DNA of 64,000 bases from Schmidtea nova (Eukaryota). The stretch lies in assembly GCA_044892505.1 (NCBI GenBank), contig CM097883.1:217620001-217684000 (forward strand), given 5' to 3'. Shown here piece after piece: positions 59,431 through 64,000 of the stretch (the first letter of the stretch is position 1; each line of letters begins with the position of its first letter). Position numbers and translations under genes: made by a program. The notes under the pieces are model-generated. The model searched no databases and was not told the origin of the DNA. It saw only the letters and a program-made list of their open reading frames with translations.

Positions 59431-62250
59431 TTCTCCCGTGATGTCAACATCATCGTCAAGCGGGTCGTCGCCGAGAATATAATCTTGTAGGTACGCTGGT
59501 ACATATCGGTTTCTTTGTTGCCTATTGGTTGACATTTCAGTCGTAAGTTGACCATTATTTTCAATAGTTCGCTCTTCTCCCGTCGTGTTAGTCGGCTCAA
59601 CCTGTCTGATATCAACTTTGTGCCTGGGGACACCATCTACCTCGATATTCGTGGACGAGTGAACGTTTGTGACTGTACCCTCCGTCCAAACACTTGTACA
59701 TCTTGCATTCGGTGGTTTAAAGAATACCTTGACTCCTCTAGCATAACGACTCAGAATTTCGTCATTCCCGATTTCCACTTCTTGCATTTCCTTCCATTCG
59801 TATGTAAATAGTTGTCGCCAAGGCGCTTTAAAGTCACTGTTTGAGCTCATGTTGAAACAGTAAACCATGTCATTGGGTCCCCTTCCGTCCGGGCCGCCAC
59901 TCTCTTCGCGGTCTTGTGGTTCCTCTCAACAATTCCGTTTCCCGATGGTCGGTAAGCGCATCGAAAAATACGACCAACACCCCACTTTGCACATAATTCC
60001 TCTAATTGACGAAACCTAAATGAACTGCTATTATCCATTTGTTCACATATTCTAGCAATGGTTACAGCATCCTCTTTACAAATCTCTCTCCATATTGCGA
60101 ATCTACTCGGTCCGCAGTCGATACACGTCAAATAACGCTTATTCCGGTAGTGAGCCACGTCTAACGCCAATCAGGTCCAATTACACTTCACCGCCAAATT
60201 TCCATGTTTCCAATTTACAAGTGCGGGATCTATCGTTCGACACTTAATACAGTTTGATATCACACCTTGTACCGCTCCATGAGATACGTTAGGAAGCAAC
60301 TTCCTTACGAAATACAGAGTTCGATCCACTCCGAAGTGATGCGCTACGTGGCACTTCCTTATTCTGTCAGATAACGATATAGTAAAACAACTTACTTGTT
60401 TAACTCATGTAAGCCAAGCTTTCTTAACTCTAGTTAAAACGTCGGCCTTGTTTTTCTCGGTCGGGACAAACTCCACGACTATCTTTAAGTTGTATGCCAG
60501 TTGAAGTTCATGAACAATTTGTAGACGCCTACGAATTAGCATCTCGGAAGATCCGTGAGTTTTTACTCGATGATTATCTGTAAGTAATGACCCCAGCCAA
60601 CTTTGGACCACCGCAGAATCTGATTTCACGATTATCCACGACAGATCCCACTTAATCGCGAGGTTAATTCCTTTAATTACAGCATCGAGTTCAGCCACGT
60701 TAATATGCTCTGCATCGTCTGTCTTTCTCAGCCAAGCGGCATCCTCCACGATCTCTCCGTTGATTTTGAGACAAACTCCAAGAGCCAGATTGCTTGCATC
60801 ACACCATACAACTCCATCCTTTGTCGGTGAAACATGCCAAACTCCACGAACTGGATCATCTTTCTTAACGAGTTCGATAATTTCAGCTATTATCATGGAA
60901 GCATAATCTCCAATTGTATTTTCCCACGTTGAACCGGTACCCTGGCGTTTAACAAAACTACATGCAATCCACAACCAGCCAGCAACCGGGTAGTCACCAA
61001 CCAGCTGATCGCACAAGGAAAACAGCTCCCTCCTCGTCATCGCTTCATATGGTCCCATCTCATTGATTTTATTTCCTCTCCTCCAAGATCTGCCTTCCTT
61101 CCATCTAGAGATCTGAAATCCCAAAACTTTAGAAATATCGAATTTTTCCGGAGTTTTAACTGCTAGCCCGTATCTTGCCAGATGACGCACAATTTCGTCT
61201 AATTGTACTTTTTACGTGTTTACAATGATATCGTCAATATAACTGTCGGTTGCCTCTATAATATCTTTGCGTAAACCTAACACTCTTCACACTATGGCAG
61301 ACATTATTTTCGGTGCTACATTGAGGCCGAAACCCAATCTCGTCAAAGCATATACCTTTCCTTTAAACCTGACTTTTTGAAAATCCCACAGATCGGGATT
61401 TACATGTATTTGTAGATAGGCTTTCTTCAGATCGAGCATCTTCGCCAACACCGCAAAGATTCGTCGCAAGCTTCACTCTGACCCTAGTGGCTCGTTACAT
61501 ATTTATTCAGTTCGCGATAGTCGAGTACTGGTCGTATTTTTCCTTTGTTAGACTGATTAACTGCCATTATTAGTAGTATACCATCAGAGTTTCCTTCATA
61601 AGGCATTAACCAACTGTTCCTAATCCATTCTGTGATTTCTGCGTCGAATCCATTGCGTAGCTCAGGTTTAATTCCATAGTTGGCACATGTATTACCAAGT
61701 TCAGGAGGTTGATTTTTCCATTTCCAGCTCATTGTCCAATTGCCGGAAAGGAAATCGACTTGAAAGTCTTCATCTTTAATTTTCAGAGACTCGGTATGTC
61801 GTTCGTCTGCCCTCAGAAAATTGGACTTTCTCCCCACGGCGCTGGCCAAAGGAAACGATACCTCTTTCCGTGATATATTCACCCCACCGAGCATTCCAAT
61901 AACATCCATTCCCAAAATTACACCAAAATCTCTTGGAAGGTTTTCCATCACCAGACAGACCACTCGCAGAGTTGTCTTTCTAATAACAATGTTAAACTTG
62001 ATGGTTCCCAAACTCTTGGCCACCAGCACACTCTCGCTCTTCCCATACGGTCCGCTGTCGAACGAGGACAAAATAATAGATTGGGTACAACCTGAACCTA
62101 TTAAAGCTTTGGAAGTCCTTCCGTTGACAGTTACAACGACAGTCTGCAGCGCCATTATTTATTTTCCGGAGTGAACACTAGCGCACGTGTTACTCATATA
62201 GCGTTTCCCGTCTGTTTCTTTGGGCACGATCGCGCGAGGTGGGCTTTATA
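59431..62250 (-). mobile_element. Ty3/Gypsy pol remnant (PR-RT-RNase H-integrase)
   Basis: ALIGSGCTQS (mutated DSG), RPVLDYRELN, LDLKKAYLQI, RLGFGLNVAPKIM, VWCDASNLALGV, HINVAELDAV, YLTCIDCGPSRF, GNGIVERNHK; frameshifted. Confidence 0.93.
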
Positions 62251-63397
62251 ACCACATATCCAACATTGTTTGTTTTTTCGGAAACATGAATCTTCATTGT
62301 ACCCTTTATTTTCGCAAACCGAACACATGCTCCTTCAGCCAATCAGCTTGCATTTATCACTGATCATTCATAAGTTTATTTATTTATTTTCCTTTATTTT
62401 AATTTTTTTTATTTCAGTAATTTTTGGCTGCTGTACCAGTGTCTACCCAATAAAAAATTACTTGTACTTTTATTTTAATGTATTTTCATGTAATTTGTTT
62501 GATTTTTCTGTTTTTAGATGTATTTGTGTTCTTCCAGCACTTTATTCCTAATGTTATGGGTATTATATTTTAATTTTACTTATTTTCGTTAACATGTTAT
62601 TTTAATTCAGGAGTTTCCTCTTGTTATTGCAATTATTTTTATTCTAAATGTTATCTTTTAATTTTCATCATTATTAATTCTTTTACTTCTAGACTCTGTT
62701 TGGCTGTCCCAACATTGACTATGATTTTCCCCCATCAATTTGTCCTTAGGATAACAATTTGATCTGTAATCCAATTGTGCTCTTCTTTCATGATATTTTA
62801 TTTTTATTGCTTCCCTATCATGTAAGTCTTATAAAATGCGGTTTTTATGTTCATACTTGTTCCTACTCGTGCTTGCACCCTCTTGCATTTTTATATTTTT
62901 ATTCATGTTTAATGAACTTCATATGTTATGTACTTAGTTTGAATTAAAAAATTCTTGCGGTTTGTAAAACAATGACGCGTTTAAACAAAAATCAAAATTT
63001 CACTTCCGTTAGCCAACACTAGGACTAGACACAAATCAAGTCATAATATCCAAAATAATTATTTACTTTTAATAATACTTTTCAAGATCTTCTAAGTCCT
63101 AACACAAAATTTTCTACTAATAACTTTTAATTATATTAATTTGTTAATAATTTAATATAAAAAGTTAAAACTTTATAAATTAACAATCATTATAATTTTA
63201 ATTAAAGTCGATTTAATATTAATCTTTCAAATATTTTAATTACTTCATTTTATATGTTTAATGGAAAAAATTTAAGTGTAATTTATATTTATTAAGATCT
63301 AACAGTTTATCGGCAGTCAAATTATCAAAGTTTTGGTAATTTTCAAAATATTATTGAAATATCTTTTGATTTAAATTGATATTTTAGGATATTCAAA

Positions 63398-64000
63398 ATG
63401 CAAATTGTAATTGTTATATTATTCTCAATCTATAATTTGTTAGACGCTTGTGTACGTTCAAATATTCGACCTGAGATATCTAAATTCACTGCAGTAATTC
63501 CATTGGCATCAAAATTCCAATTCAATGCAACATTTCCACTGGAAGAGTTAGCTGATTATAAATTCAATATATCTTTCACAGAATCATCCATCAAAGTTAA
63601 AGAAATAGATCGCGTCGTTCTATTTCTAGTTTTCAATAAAGAAATAAAATCACTGATATTCTTATCGAAACGGAATTACAAAGAAATTAACTATGCCACT
63701 CCAAAATTATTTTCCATTTCCGATTATACATTTCAGTCTATGTCGGTAAGCGGAAAATTAAGATTTCCTGAAATTGCTGCGAATAAACAATTCAATGTAA
63801 TGACATTTACTTATGATCACAACGCAATTGAAGGACTTTATAATCAATTTGATCAGAAATGGAAAATCTTAAATCAATCTGTCATTTATCGATCAACTCT
63901 TCTAGTAAATAGGCAGTCACATTTAAAATCCTTTGTGGATATTTTTTCAGACCATTTGTGGATTGTGATCATTGTCAGTTTGCCAGCAATAGTTTTAATT
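63398..64000 (+). CDS. Signal-peptide membrane protein, 5' 201 codons, open to window edge; possibly divergent ionotropic receptor
   Basis: MQIVIVILFSIYNLLDAC... no stop for 603 nt; ends FVDIFSDHLWIVIIVSLPAIVLI, resembling the pre-M1/M1 (F..PFS..LW) of iGluR/IR proteins. Not in the ORF track because it lacks a stop. Confidence 0.6.
   Translation, partial: MQIVIVILFSIYNLLDACVRSNIRPEISKFTAVIPLASKFQFNATFPLEELADYKFNISFTESSIKVKEIDRVVLFLVFNKEIKSLIFLSKRNYKEINYATPKLFSISDYTFQSMSVSGKLRFPEIAANKQFNVMTFTYDHNAIEGLYNQFDQKWKILNQSVIYRSTLLVNRQSHLKSFVDIFSDHLWIVIIVSLPAIVLI

Noticed and set aside
671-62947. Most short ORFs in the supplied track (F/L/I-rich or antisense to real genes, N-spanning ORFs)
   Set aside because: Shadow frames of AT-rich DNA, antisense to longer genes, or created by N gaps; no recognisable motifs.
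1-64000. Species assignment
   Set aside because: AT content, short introns and a ciliary gene fit several invertebrate groups; not decidable from sequence inspection.

Overview
AT-rich eukaryotic (animal-like) scaffold with four N gaps (5076-5209, 6448-6665, 7990-8118, 58921-59066), dominated by decayed transposons (hAT, mariner, pogo, several Ty3/Gypsy remnants and LTRs, Penelope-type palindromes with hammerhead-like motifs). Host genes are sparse: the last exon of an ABHD17 depalmitoylase, an intronless CFAP92/KIAA1257-like gene, an isolated 5S rRNA copy, and a signal-peptide/TM ORF running off the right edge. The centrepiece is a 19,012-bp Polinton/Maverick (adintovirus-like) element at 30863-49874 with 5'-AGTA...TACT-3' termini and a perfect 6-bp target duplication (ATTAAC), whose empty site can be rebuilt from a homologous LTR at about 10.8 kb. 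It keeps a broken protein-primed PolB, an adenain protease with a 38-nt intron and the 3' end of the major capsid gene, but no integrase or packaging ATPase. It is rearranged into a giant inverted duplication (arms 30011-36440 and 43369-49797) carrying an unusual cargo cassette twice: a divergent TBP, a GGTase-I beta subunit fused to a ribonucleotide reductase fragment, a Bcl-2 homologue and small intron-containing ORFs. All homology calls are from motif recognition by eye; no database search was run.
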